Below, piece by piece: positions 1 through 8,477 of a DNA stretch of 64,000 bases (position 1 is the first letter of the stretch; every line of letters begins with the position of its first letter). Below the pieces are notes generated by a model, which was not told the origin of the DNA, ran no database searches, and saw only the letters and a list, made by a program, of their open reading frames with translations. Source of the DNA: an uncultured Gemmatimonadaceae bacterium (GTDB lineage Bacteria; Gemmatimonadota; Gemmatimonadetes; Gemmatimonadales; GWC2-71-9); NCBI GenBank assembly GCA_964574295.1, contig CAZNLY010000003.1, positions 56,881-120,880 on the forward strand, read 5' to 3'. The translations under genes and the position numbers were made by a program.

Positions 1-1539
1 CACGAACGCGAACGACTTGCCGTCGGGGGCCCACTGCGGGCTGATGTTGCGGCCGGAATCCATGTACGGCAGCAGCTCGCGGCGCCCCATGTCGAGGTCG
101 AAGAGGGCGATCCGCAGGTTGCCGAAGGCCAAGTCGGTGAAGTTCGTCTCCGGCCCCTCGTCGGTCACGTACGCAATCGTGTGCCCGTCGGGCGACCAGG
201 CGGGCATCAGCTGGGCGTACTTGTCGTTCGTGAGCTGGCGGAGCCCCGTGCCGTCGGCATTCACCACGAAGAGGTCGGAAATGCCGCCGTTCTGGCCGCT
301 GAAGGCCAGCTGCTTGCCGTCGGGGCTGAAGACGGGGGAGGTGATGCCGTTGAGGTCCACGTGGATCCGGCGGACCGCCTTGCCCTTCTTCGGGTCGAAC
401 ACGACGATGTCGTCGCCGTTGGCCACCTTGGCCACGAACACCAGGTACTTGCTGTCGGGGGACCACGACGCCGAGGAGCTCAGGTACCGGAAGGTCTCGT
501 AATTGGCGTCGAAGACCGACTTGGCGAGCCGCTTGAGCACCTTGCCGGTCTCGCCGTCGGCCAGGTAGAAGTCGATGAAGAAGTAGTTCTTCTCGCTCAG
601 GTAGGCGATCAGCTTCCCGTCGGGCGACAGCGCCGGCGCCACGTGGAGCTGGCCGCCGGAGTTGGCGCGGGTCAGGAGGGGCTTGCCGACGGCGGAGGCC
701 AGCTGGCGCGAGGCGACATCGGGGAGGTAGGTGGCCTGCACCCAGTCGCGCCACTGCACCGAGAGCTGCGCGAGTGAAATGCCCAACACCCGCTGGAAGG
801 CCCCCTCGATGCCGCCGCCGCCCATCGTGGCGGAGAGGATGGCGCCGACCGCCTCGTCGCCCCACCGCTGGCCGATGTATGCCCAGATGGCGTGCCCGAA
901 GCGGTACGGGAAGATGTACGGGTCATAGGTCAACTGCTGGATCGTGGGCAGCTTCCCCTGCAGCACGGCGTCCCGGAGCCACATCGCGGTTTCGGGATTG
1001 ATGGGCCCGATCGAGAGGTACTCCGCCATGCCCTCGGCAAACCAGAGCGGGGGGTTGACCTGCATGATCGTGGCCACGCCCGCGCCGGCCTTGCCGCGCG
1101 ACCAGGTGTCGTACTGGAACTGGTGCACCATTTCGTGCATCAGCACGTGGTCGAAATCGTGGTACGCCCCGGTGAAGGGCATGATGGCGCGGTGCTTGAG
1201 GAAATCGGTCACGCCGCCGGTCGCCTCGCCGATGTCGCCCCCCAGCGCGTTGGTCTGCTGGAAGTCGGAGTGCGAGGCGTACAGGATGATCGGCTTGACC
1301 TCCGTGAACTGGTGGTTGAGCAGCGTGGAGAGCCGGCCGTAGGAACGCTCCGCCATCCGCGCCGCGTCCATGGAGGCCTCGCGCTCGCGCGGGTAGAAGT
1401 AGATGTCGAAGTGCTTGGTGTGGATGATCTCGAAGTTGAACTTGGTGTACATCACCCGGTTCTGGCCGAAGTACTGCGCCGAGGCCGTCGCGGGGACGGC
1501 GGCGAGGAGGGCCAGGAGGAGCGGCAGCCGGAGGCGCAT
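1..1539 (-). CDS. Secreted HExxH metallopeptidase-like domain followed by TolB/WD40-like beta-propeller repeats. The C-terminus runs off the left edge of the window.
   Basis: Absent from the ORF track because no stop lies in the window. Manual reverse translation from the ATG at 1539-1537 gives the signal peptide MRLRLPLLLALLAAVPATASAQ, then 'FDHVLMHEMVHQFQYD' (HExxH), then repeated 'SPDGK..A(F/Y)' blades (ALSPDGKLIAY, WSPDSKYLVF, FSPDGKQLAF, WSPDGHTIAY, WAPDGKSFAF). The frame stays open to position 1. Confidence 0.7.
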   Translation of the reverse strand, partial: MRLRLPLLLALLAAVPATASAQYFGQNRVMYTKFNFEIIHTKHFDIYFYPREREASMDAARMAERSYGRLSTLLNHQFTEVKPIILYASHSDFQQTNALGGDIGEATGGVTDFLKHRAIMPFTGAYHDFDHVLMHEMVHQFQYDTWSRGKAGAGVATIMQVNPPLWFAEGMAEYLSIGPINPETAMWLRDAVLQGKLPTIQQLTYDPYIFPYRFGHAIWAYIGQRWGDEAVGAILSATMGGGGIEGAFQRVLGISLAQLSVQWRDWVQATYLPDVASRQLASAVGKPLLTRANSGGQLHVAPALSPDGKLIAYLSEKNYFFIDFYLADGETGKVLKRLAKSVFDANYETFRYLSSSASWSPDSKYLVFVAKVANGDDIVVFDPKKGKAVRRIHVDLNGITSPVFSPDGKQLAFSGQNGGISDLFVVNADGTGLRQLTNDKYAQLMPAWSPDGHTIAYVTDEGPETNFTDLAFGNLRIALFDLDMGRRELLPYMDSGRNISPQWAPDGKSFAFV

Positions 1540-1555
1540 GGCGCGGCGGCGGGGC

Positions 1556-1912
1556 TCAGGCCGGTGGGGTGAGGGCAGGGGCGTCATTCCAGAGGCGCTC
1601 GAGCTGGTAGAAGGCGCGGGCCTCGGGGTGGAAGAGGTGGACCACGAAGTCCACGAAGTCGAGGAGCACCCAGCGCCCCGACGGGAGTCCCTCGATGTGG
1701 TGGGGGTGCTGCCCCTGGCGGGCCAGGGCGTCGAGGACGGAATGCGCGATGCCCCGGACGTGTGCGTCCGAGGTGCCGGATCCGACCAGGAAGAAGTCCG
1801 TCGCGTCATGCAGTCCCCGCAGGTCCAGCACCACCAGGTCGCGCGCCTTCAGGTTGTCAGCCGCCTCAAGCGCGGTCCGGAGCGCCGGCGGGAGGGCGTG
1901 GGTGCGGGTCAC
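1556..1912 (-). CDS. rsfS: Ribosomal silencing factor RsfS (iojap family)
   Basis: These are the last 118 codons of track ORF 1556..2383. 'LKARDLVVLDLRGLHDATDFFLVGSGTSDAHVRGIA...WVLLDFVDFVVHLFHPEARAFYQLERLW' is the RsfS signature. The GTG at 1912 overlaps the upstream stop (GTGA). The longer track ORF is an Arg/Gly/Pro-rich extension. Confidence 0.85.
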   Translation of the reverse strand: MTRTHALPPALRTALEAADNLKARDLVVLDLRGLHDATDFFLVGSGTSDAHVRGIAHSVLDALARQGQHPHHIEGLPSGRWVLLDFVDFVVHLFHPEARAFYQLERLWNDAPALTPPA

Positions 1913-3744
1913 CCGGTTCCCCCAGCGGGTCGGGGCGGCGTGCCGTCCTCCACCTGGTAGAACACCGCCCAGGCGCCCTCGCCGACATGGGTGCCGAGCA
2001 CGCCGGTGGCCAGCGACACGAAGCAGTCCCTCGGCTGGTAGGCCGCCACCAGCGCCGTTCGCACCCGTTCCGCCACCTCCGGCGCCTCGGCGTGCACCAC
2101 GCCGAACCGGACCTGCTGCGGGCGGGGGTGGAGCCGCGCATCGAGCCGCGCCAGCACCTTGGCGATCAACGCCTCGCGCCCCCGCGCCCGGTCCACGGGC
2201 ACCACCCGGCCGGCCCCGTCGAGCGAGAGGATGGGCTTGACGTCGAGCAGCCCGCCGATCCACGCCTTGCCGCGGCTCACCCGGCCGCTGCGGAGCAGGT
2301 TGTCGAACTTGTCGACCGTCAGGAACACCCCCGACTGGTCCCGGACCCGCTCCAACTCCGAGGCGATGGCCTCGGCCGGCCACCCCTGTTCGGCCAGCTC
2401 GGCCCCGCGCAGCGCCAGCATTCCCGACCCGAGCGAGGCCGACTTGCTGTCCACGAGCCGAACGTTGGTGAGCCCGCCGGCCTTGAGGGCGGCCGCCCCC
2501 GCCTGGAAGGTGCCGGAAAGCCCCGAGCTCACCAGCACCGCGATCACCTGGTCGGCCTCGTGCCGCGCCTCGCGGAAGACCCGGACGAAGTCGGCCACCG
2601 TCGGCTGGGAGGTGGAGGGCAGCACCGTCGCGGTGCGCATCCGCCGGTAGAACTCCTCCGGCCGGAGCTGGACCCGGTCGAGCAGCACTTCATCGCCGAA
2701 GATGACCTGCAGGGGGACCAGCGTGATGCCGTGGCGATCGAGCACCGCATCGGGGAGGTCCGAGGCGCTGTCCGCGACCATCGCCACCGCCTTCTGCACC
2801 CCGTGCTGCAGGCCGCGGTGCTGGGCCCGCATGTCCTCGGCCTTGGTCTTCTCCAGCGCGCCCCAGCGGGACACGTAGGTAAAGACGGCGTCGGGCGTGT
2901 TGGTATGCACATGGGCGTGGAGGACGTCGCCCATCACCGCCACCACCAGCGAGCCCCCGAACCCGCGGAGCGCCGCGCGCACCTCGTTGGCCGCCGGCAG
3001 CTGCTCCCCCCGCACCACCACCTCGGTGCAATACTGGTAGTCCTGGTCCGCCTCGACGGCCACGTCGGCGGCGGGGACGCTGAATTCGCCGGTCTGCGCC
3101 GGCCCCGCGGCCAGGATCGGGTCGCCGTCGATGAACCGGACGACGCCCTCGATCATCCGCATGAAGCCCATCCCCCCCGCGTCGACCACCCCGGCTTCCT
3201 TGAGCGCCGCCATCAGCTCCGGCGTGCGGGCCAGCGCCTCCTCGCCCTCGGCGTGCATCCGGCGCATGAACTCCGCCAGGTCGGGCGAGCTGGCCGCCGC
3301 CCGCCGGGCGGCCGCGGCCGCCTCGCGCGCCACGGTCAGGATGGTGCCCTCGCGGGGGTCGTCGAGCGCGTCGTACAGCTTGTCCGACCCGGCGGTGAGG
3401 GCGGCGGCGAGTTCCTGGGGCGTGGCCGTCGCCTTCTGGCCCAGGGATTCCGCCACGCCGATGAGGAAGTGGGCCAGCATCATCCCCGAGTTCCCGCGCG
3501 CGCCGAGCACGGCGGCCCGGGCCATCGTCGAGGCGGTCTGGGGAAGCGAGGCGTCGCCGAGCGCCCGGAGGGCGTCGGCGACGGCGCGGAGGGTCAGGCT
3601 GAAGTTGGTGCCGGTGTCCCCGTCGGGGACGGGGAAGACATTGATGCGGTTGATCTCCTCGCGCCCCGCGGCGACCCAGTCCGAGGCGGCGAAGAGGGAC
3701 CGGGCCAGCCGGGGCCCGTCGATGTAGGCGATGCCGACGCCCAT
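1909..3744 (-). CDS. DAK2 (DhaL/FakA-like) domain protein fused to a C-terminal DegV (FakB-like) domain
   Basis: 611-aa ORF. The N-terminus has 'INRINVFPVPDGDTGTNF...GARGNSGMML' (DAK2/DhaL). The middle has 'YQYCTEVVV...GGSLVVAVMGDVLHAHVHTNTP' (YloV/FakA-like). Residues ~318-598 have 'AMVADSASDLP...VPLQVIFGDE...LPSTSQPTV...VLVSSGLSGTFQ' (DegV). Confidence 0.8.
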   Translation of the reverse strand: MGVGIAYIDGPRLARSLFAASDWVAAGREEINRINVFPVPDGDTGTNFSLTLRAVADALRALGDASLPQTASTMARAAVLGARGNSGMMLAHFLIGVAESLGQKATATPQELAAALTAGSDKLYDALDDPREGTILTVAREAAAAARRAAASSPDLAEFMRRMHAEGEEALARTPELMAALKEAGVVDAGGMGFMRMIEGVVRFIDGDPILAAGPAQTGEFSVPAADVAVEADQDYQYCTEVVVRGEQLPAANEVRAALRGFGGSLVVAVMGDVLHAHVHTNTPDAVFTYVSRWGALEKTKAEDMRAQHRGLQHGVQKAVAMVADSASDLPDAVLDRHGITLVPLQVIFGDEVLLDRVQLRPEEFYRRMRTATVLPSTSQPTVADFVRVFREARHEADQVIAVLVSSGLSGTFQAGAAALKAGGLTNVRLVDSKSASLGSGMLALRGAELAEQGWPAEAIASELERVRDQSGVFLTVDKFDNLLRSGRVSRGKAWIGGLLDVKPILSLDGAGRVVPVDRARGREALIAKVLARLDARLHPRPQQVRFGVVHAEAPEVAERVRTALVAAYQPRDCFVSLATGVLGTHVGEGAWAVFYQVEDGTPPRPAGGTG

Positions 3745-3757
3745 GTGGCGCGCGGCC

Positions 3758-4204
3758 CTACTCGGCGACGACCGTGACGCGGACCTCGGCGTGCACCTCG
3801 GGATGGAGGCGCACCGTGACGGTGTGGTCGCCCAGCGCCTTGATCGGGTGGTCGAGCTCCACCTTCCGCTTGTCGATGGCGTGGCCCTGCGCGGCGAGCG
3901 CGTCGGCCACGTCGTGCGAGGTGATCGACCCGAACAGCCGTCCTTCCTCGCCGGCCTTGCGGGTGAAGGTCAGCACGGCGCTCCCGAGGCGGCCGGCGGC
4001 GGCGGTGGCCGCGTCCTTCTCGGCGGCGAGCCGGACGGTCCGGGCGCGCGTCTCGGCGACGATCCGCTTCTTGTTCCCCTCGGTGGCCTCGTACGCCAGC
4101 CCCCGGGGCAGGAGGAAATTCCGGGCGTAGCCCGGCTTGACGCGCACCAGTTCCCCGGCCTTGCCGAGGGACTTCACGTCGTCGCGCAGGATGACTTCCA
4201 TCAT
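3758..4204 (-). CDS. rplI: 50S ribosomal protein L9
   Basis: 'MMEVILRDDVKSLGKAGELVRVKPGYARNFLLPRGLA', 148 aa. The start ATG overlaps the upstream stop (ATGA at 4201-4204). The 440-aa track ORF is a spurious 5' extension. Confidence 0.9.
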   Translation of the reverse strand: MMEVILRDDVKSLGKAGELVRVKPGYARNFLLPRGLAYEATEGNKKRIVAETRARTVRLAAEKDAATAAAGRLGSAVLTFTRKAGEEGRLFGSITSHDVADALAAQGHAIDKRKVELDHPIKALGDHTVTVRLHPEVHAEVRVTVVAE

Positions 4205-5160
4205 GGGTTTGATCCCCCGAGTGAAGGCGGCGGGATGCGCCGCCGGAAATCCAGCCAGTTGTCCGCCAGGCCGAGGAGGGCGAGCCCGCCCACGGCGAAT
4301 GGCAGGAGGAAGAAGGCGCTCCCCGCGAGGAGCACCACGAAGATTCGCGGCGCGGGGCGAAGGGCCGCCGCCAGCACCGCCAGTCCCCGGAGCAGGTAGA
4401 GCCCGCCTCCGAAGGCCAGGAGGCTCGCCGCCGGACCGTAGGCCGGCGTGGCCGCCGCGAAGAGCACCCCCAGCAGGCCCAGCACCACCAGCCACACGAG
4501 GTGATCCGAGAACCGGAACCCCTCGAAGCTCCCGGGCACGGGGGCCGCCGCCCGCCCGGTGATCCGCGGCGCCAGGAGCGCCGCCAGGCAGAGTCCCACC
4601 AGCACGAGCAGGGCCAGTACCCCGGGGAAGAACGGCGCCATCGGCCGGATCCCCTCGCCCAGGGCCTGGAGCGCGGCCGTCGTCTCCGGGCTCGGGCTTG
4701 CCCCGCCCTGGTTCAGCAGGTCGGCCACCGCGCGCTGGGCGGCCAGCCCCTGCTGGACCACCGCAAACTCGAGGTCCGACCAGTGCACGCCCTTCACGAC
4801 GGCCAGCAGGACCGTCCCCGCCACGGCGGCGAACGTCCCCTGAAGCGCGCGGGCCGACGCCGACCCCCGGCCCAGGAGGAGGAAGAGCACGCCCATTCCG
4901 CTCGAGACGACGGCGGCCGCCCGCACCATCTCTTCCAGGAGGGTGCCGGGCTGGGCCGCCCAGAGCGCCAGCCAGAGGACGAGCGTCACGAGCCAGAGCC
5001 AGGCCCGCCGGCCGTGGGGCCGCCCGACCGCCACCAGCACGGCGAGCGGCCCCGCCAGGAAGGCGGTCATGACCGGCCACGTGAAGAGCAGGTAGCCGAG
5101 CACCGCCAAGCGGGCCCGGAGGGAGAGGGGACGTCCCTCCGGGGGCCGCTCACCGGCCAT
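4201..5160 (-). CDS. Polytopic membrane protein, DUF2232/YybS-like (assignment from position and topology only)
   Basis: 319 aa with multiple hydrophobic helices. It lies between rpsR and rplI, which from memory is where YybS sits in Firmicutes. It is coupled to rplI by an ATGA overlap. Confidence 0.5.
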   Translation of the reverse strand: MAGERPPEGRPLSLRARLAVLGYLLFTWPVMTAFLAGPLAVLVAVGRPHGRRAWLWLVTLVLWLALWAAQPGTLLEEMVRAAAVVSSGMGVLFLLLGRGSASARALQGTFAAVAGTVLLAVVKGVHWSDLEFAVVQQGLAAQRAVADLLNQGGASPSPETTAALQALGEGIRPMAPFFPGVLALLVLVGLCLAALLAPRITGRAAAPVPGSFEGFRFSDHLVWLVVLGLLGVLFAAATPAYGPAASLLAFGGGLYLLRGLAVLAAALRPAPRIFVVLLAGSAFFLLPFAVGGLALLGLADNWLDFRRRIPPPSLGGSNP

Positions 5161-5162
5161 GG

Positions 5163-5384
5163 TCAGCCGCCGTGGCCCTTCAGGTACGGCAACAGGGCGA
5201 GGGTCCGCGCCCGCTTGATGGCGGTGCTCAGCTGACGCTGGTGCCGGGCGCAGGTGCCCGAGAGCCGGCTCGGGAGGATCTTCCCGCGCTCGGAGAGGAA
5301 CCGCGACAGCGTGCGCTCATCCTTGAAATCCACCACCCGCACGCCCGACTCGCAGATGGTGCAGGTCTTCTGGGGCCGCCTCAT
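5163..5384 (-). CDS. rpsR: 30S ribosomal protein S18
   Basis: 'MRRPQKTCTICESGVRVVDFKDERTLSRFLSERGKILPSRLSGTCARHQRQLSTAIKRAR', 73 aa. The ATG at 5384 overlaps the rpsF stop (ATGA). Confidence 0.9.
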   Translation of the reverse strand: MRRPQKTCTICESGVRVVDFKDERTLSRFLSERGKILPSRLSGTCARHQRQLSTAIKRARTLALLPYLKGHGG

Positions 5385-5722
5385 TCGTCGTCCTCCCCGT
5401 CGCTCTTCTCGGCGACCGCGGGGACCGGCTGCGCCCCCTCGTTCACGACCACCAGGAAGCGCAGGACGCCGGGCTCGAGCTTGACCGCGCGCTCGAACTC
5501 GGGAAGCGCCTCCGGGGAGGTCTCCACCTTGGCGATGACGTAGTAGCCGGTGTCGTGCTTCTGGATCGGGTAGGCGAGGGTCCGCTTGCCCCAGTGGGAC
5601 ACCTGCGGGGCCTCGGTGCCGGGCTGCGCCAGCAGCGCGTGGAAGCGCTCCAGACGCTCGGTGATGGCGGCCTCTTCGAGGGCGGAATCGAAGATATAGA
5701 CCGCCTCGTACAGTCGGGTCAT
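5381..5722 (-). CDS. rpsF: 30S ribosomal protein S6
   Basis: 'MTRLYEAVYIFDSALEEAAITERLERF...HWGKRTLAYPIQKHDTGYYV' with an acidic tail. The Shine-Dalgarno AAGGAAGG lies just upstream. Confidence 0.9.
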   Translation of the reverse strand: MTRLYEAVYIFDSALEEAAITERLERFHALLAQPGTEAPQVSHWGKRTLAYPIQKHDTGYYVIAKVETSPEALPEFERAVKLEPGVLRFLVVVNEGAQPVPAVAEKSDGEDDE

Positions 5723-5790
5723 GACACCTTCCTTTGGTCGGTTGCCCCGGCCCTGGTGCGGAGCCGAGGAGGATGATTTGTGAGGGGCAA

Positions 5791-5819
5791 AGTATAACGG
5801 GGGCAGGGACTTGAGTCAA
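5791..5819 (-). promoter_or_regulatory. Sigma70-type promoter candidate for the rpsF-rpsR-(membrane)-rplI operon
   Basis: The minus strand reads TTGACT (5819-5814), a 17-nt spacer, then TATACT (5796-5791). This sits about 62 nt upstream of the rpsF ATG. Confidence 0.5.
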
Positions 5820-5874
5820 AGGGCGGGGAACCCGCTATCTTCCGCGTTCGGACCCCCGCCAGGAGACCCGCCCC

Positions 5875-6543
5875 ATGCAGCTTCGCTCCATCCAGGTCGG
5901 CACGCCGAAGAGCTACGGCACCGAGGGCGCGGAGGACTCGCTCGACCGGCCGTGGACCAGTGCCATCGCCAAGCAGCCGGTGGCAGGGCCGGTCTGGATC
6001 GGGCGGCAGGGGGTGGCTGGCGACATGCAGGCGGACCGGCGTGTGCACGGGGGGCCGGACAAGGCCGTCCTGGCCTACTCGGCCGACCACTACCCGCGCT
6101 GGCGCGAGCAGCTGGCACGGGCCGACCTCGGCCCGGGGTGGTTCGGCGAGAACCTGGCGATCGAGGGTGCCACCGAGGCTACCGTGTGTGTCGGTGACCG
6201 CATCGCGATCGGACCGGCGCGCCTCGAGGTGAGCCAGCCGCGGGGGCCCTGCGCCACGATCAACCGGCGGTTCCACCGCAAGGACATGGTGAAGCTGGTC
6301 CAGGAGAGCCGCCGCTCCGGTTGGTACCTGCGGGTGCTGACCGAGGGATGGGTGGAGGCGGGGATGCCGGTGGTCCTGCACGACCGGCCCTACCCCCAAT
6401 GGACGGTCTGGGTGGCCACGGACCTGATGGCGGCGCGTGCGGTGCGGCGGGAGGAGTGCGAGCGCCTGGCGGCCTGCCCGGCGCTGAGCGCGAGTTGGCG
6501 CGGCAGCCTGCTGGCCGCCGCGCCCGCCCGCCGGGAAGGCTAG
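5875..6543 (+). CDS. MOSC domain-containing protein (YiiM-like)
   Basis: 'DRRVHGGPDKAVLAYSADHY...FGENLAIEG...VCVGDRIAIGPARLEVSQPRGPC...GWYLRVLTEGWV'. Confidence 0.8.
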   Translation: MQLRSIQVGTPKSYGTEGAEDSLDRPWTSAIAKQPVAGPVWIGRQGVAGDMQADRRVHGGPDKAVLAYSADHYPRWREQLARADLGPGWFGENLAIEGATEATVCVGDRIAIGPARLEVSQPRGPCATINRRFHRKDMVKLVQESRRSGWYLRVLTEGWVEAGMPVVLHDRPYPQWTVWVATDLMAARAVRREECERLAACPALSASWRGSLLAAAPARREG

Positions 6544-7256
6544 TCGCGCCGGTTGCCGAAGAGCCGGAGCAGGGAAATGAAGAGGTTGATGAAGTCGAGG
6601 TAGAGGCTCAGGGCGCCGACGATCGCGTAGCTCGCCGCCTGGCCGCCCTGCAGTTCGAGCGCCATGCCGCGCAGCCGCTGGCTGTCGTAGGCAATGAGCC
6701 CCGAGAAGACCAGCACGCCCACCACGCCCATCACGAACTGCATCGCGTCGTTCCGCCAGAAGATGCTCACGATGCTCGCCAGGACCAGCCCGACCAGCCC
6801 CATGAACATGAAGCGGCCCATGCCGGTCAGGTCGCGCTTGGTGACGCTGCCGTACACCGCCAGCGCCCCGAACATGCCGGCGGTGACGAAGAACGCGCTC
6901 GCCACCGACGCACCGGTATAGGCCAGCAGGATGAGCGAGAAGGTGACGCCGGTGAGGGCGGAGTAGGCGAGGAAGAGGGTGCCGGCCGTGGACGGGGCCA
7001 GCTTGGCCACGCGGGCCGAGAGGAACACCACGAGGACCAACTGGAGGATCACCACGCCCCAGAAGAGCAGCGGCACGCGGACGAGGGTGCCGACCGCCGC
7101 CGGGGAACTGGCAATGGCGAGCGCCACGACCGCGGTGACCGCCAAGCCGCCGAACATCCACCAGTACACGCCGCGCATGAACGCCGCGACCTGTGCCGAC
7201 TGCACGTCGCTGACGAAGCCTGGGCGCCCCTGGACGGCGCCAATGGGATTGGCCAT
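6540..7256 (-). CDS. Bax inhibitor-1/YccA family membrane protein
   Basis: 238 aa with about 7 TM helices. 'FMRGVYWWM...' at the N-terminus and 'GALSLYLDFINLFISLLRLFG' at the C-terminus are typical of the BI-1 family. Confidence 0.85.
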   Translation of the reverse strand: MANPIGAVQGRPGFVSDVQSAQVAAFMRGVYWWMFGGLAVTAVVALAIASSPAAVGTLVRVPLLFWGVVILQLVLVVFLSARVAKLAPSTAGTLFLAYSALTGVTFSLILLAYTGASVASAFFVTAGMFGALAVYGSVTKRDLTGMGRFMFMGLVGLVLASIVSIFWRNDAMQFVMGVVGVLVFSGLIAYDSQRLRGMALELQGGQAASYAIVGALSLYLDFINLFISLLRLFGNRRD

Positions 7257-7268
7257 GTATGAAGTCTC

Positions 7269-8366
7269 CTAGACGTTGAATCGAAACAGCATCACGTCGC
7301 CGTCCTGCACGACGTACTCCTTGCCTTCTGCGCGCGCCAGGCCCTGCTCGCGCGCCCCCTTCCACCCGCCCACGCGCACGAAGTCGGCGTACGCCACCGT
7401 CTCGGCGCGGATGAACCCGCGCTCGAAATCGCTGTGGATGACGCCCGCCGCCTGGGGGGCGCGGTCCCCGCGGTGGATCGTCCAGGCCCGCACTTCCTTC
7501 TCACCGGCCGTGAAGTAGCTCTGCAGCCCGAGCAGGTGATAGGCGGCGTGCGCAAGCCGGTCGAGACCAGACTCCGTGAGCCCGAGCGAGGCCAGAAACT
7601 CCGCCCGGTCGGCCGGGTCGAGCTCGGCCAGTTCGGCCTCCACCTGGGCAGAAAATGTAACCACTTCCGCCGGTTCGTTGTTCCGCGCCAGCTCCGCGGC
7701 GAGCGCCGCCACGTGGGCGTTGCCGGTGGTGATTTCCGACTCCCCGACGTTGGCGGCGTACAGCACCGGCTTGGCGGTGAGGAGGTTGAAGCTGCGGTAG
7801 GCCGGGGCCTCCTCGGCCGTGGGGACCACGGTCCGGGCCGGGAGGCCCGAGGAGAGGGCCTTCTGGAGCGCCTCGAGCAGTCGTGCCTCCAGCTTGGCCT
7901 GCGGGTCGCCCGACTTGGCGGCCCGGGCGGTCTTCTCGAGGCGCTTCTCGACCGAGGCGAGGTCGGCCAGCCCGAGCTCGATGTTGATGATCTCGCGGTC
8001 CCGGGCCGGGTCCACGCTGCCCATCACGTGCTGGATGTCGTCGTTGTCGAAGCAGCGCACCACGTGGACGACGGCGTCCACCTCGCGAATGTTGGCCAGG
8101 AACTGGTTGCCGAGCCCCTCGCCCTGGCTGGCCCCCTTGACCAGGCCGGCGATGTCGAGGAACTCGACCGTGGCGGGCACCGTCCGCTCGGGCTGGACGA
8201 GCGCCGCGATGGCGTCAAGGCGGGGGTCGGGCACCTGCACCACGCCGGTGTTGGGCTCGATGGTGGCAAAGGGGTAGTTGGCCACCAGCGCCCCGGCGGA
8301 GGTGAGGGCGTTGAACAGCGTCGACTTGCCGACGTTCGGGAGGCCGATGATGCCGAGTCTGAGCAC
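7269..8366 (-). CDS. ychF: Redox-regulated ribosome-binding ATPase YchF
   Basis: 'LRLGIIGLPNVGKSTLFNALT...ANYPFATIEPN...FLDIAGLVKGASQGEGLGNQFL...' through '...YVVQDGDVMLFRFNV'. GTG start at 8366, 365 aa. The 959-aa track ORF is a 5' artefact. Confidence 0.9.
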   Translation of the reverse strand: MLRLGIIGLPNVGKSTLFNALTSAGALVANYPFATIEPNTGVVQVPDPRLDAIAALVQPERTVPATVEFLDIAGLVKGASQGEGLGNQFLANIREVDAVVHVVRCFDNDDIQHVMGSVDPARDREIINIELGLADLASVEKRLEKTARAAKSGDPQAKLEARLLEALQKALSSGLPARTVVPTAEEAPAYRSFNLLTAKPVLYAANVGESEITTGNAHVAALAAELARNNEPAEVVTFSAQVEAELAELDPADRAEFLASLGLTESGLDRLAHAAYHLLGLQSYFTAGEKEVRAWTIHRGDRAPQAAGVIHSDFERGFIRAETVAYADFVRVGGWKGAREQGLARAEGKEYVVQDGDVMLFRFNV

Positions 8367-8477
8367 GCGGAAGTATCGCCGGGGCGGGGCGGGAGTGGAA
8401 GCGGGGCGCTGGCGCACGGCCGCGCCATCCGGGTACACTTCGGGGGCGGGAGGATTCCCCTCGCAAGGCAGGTGTCC

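Noticed and set aside
5822-5860. The GGCGGGG...CCCCGCC pairing upstream of the MOSC gene, considered as a regulatory hairpin.
   Set aside because: The arms are 7 nt and separated by a 25-nt unstructured loop. In GC-rich sequence this is likely fortuitous.
7434-8477. 5' extensions of track ORFs. Examples are korA from 7434, ychF to 10148, valS to 50975, selA to 47455, purN to 44785, rplI to 5080, rpsR to 5819, and the helicase from 29009.
   Set aside because: The extensions are Arg/Pro-rich and overlap well-supported neighbouring genes. Conserved N-termini, Shine-Dalgarno sites and 4-nt stop/start overlaps point to the internal starts given in the feature list.
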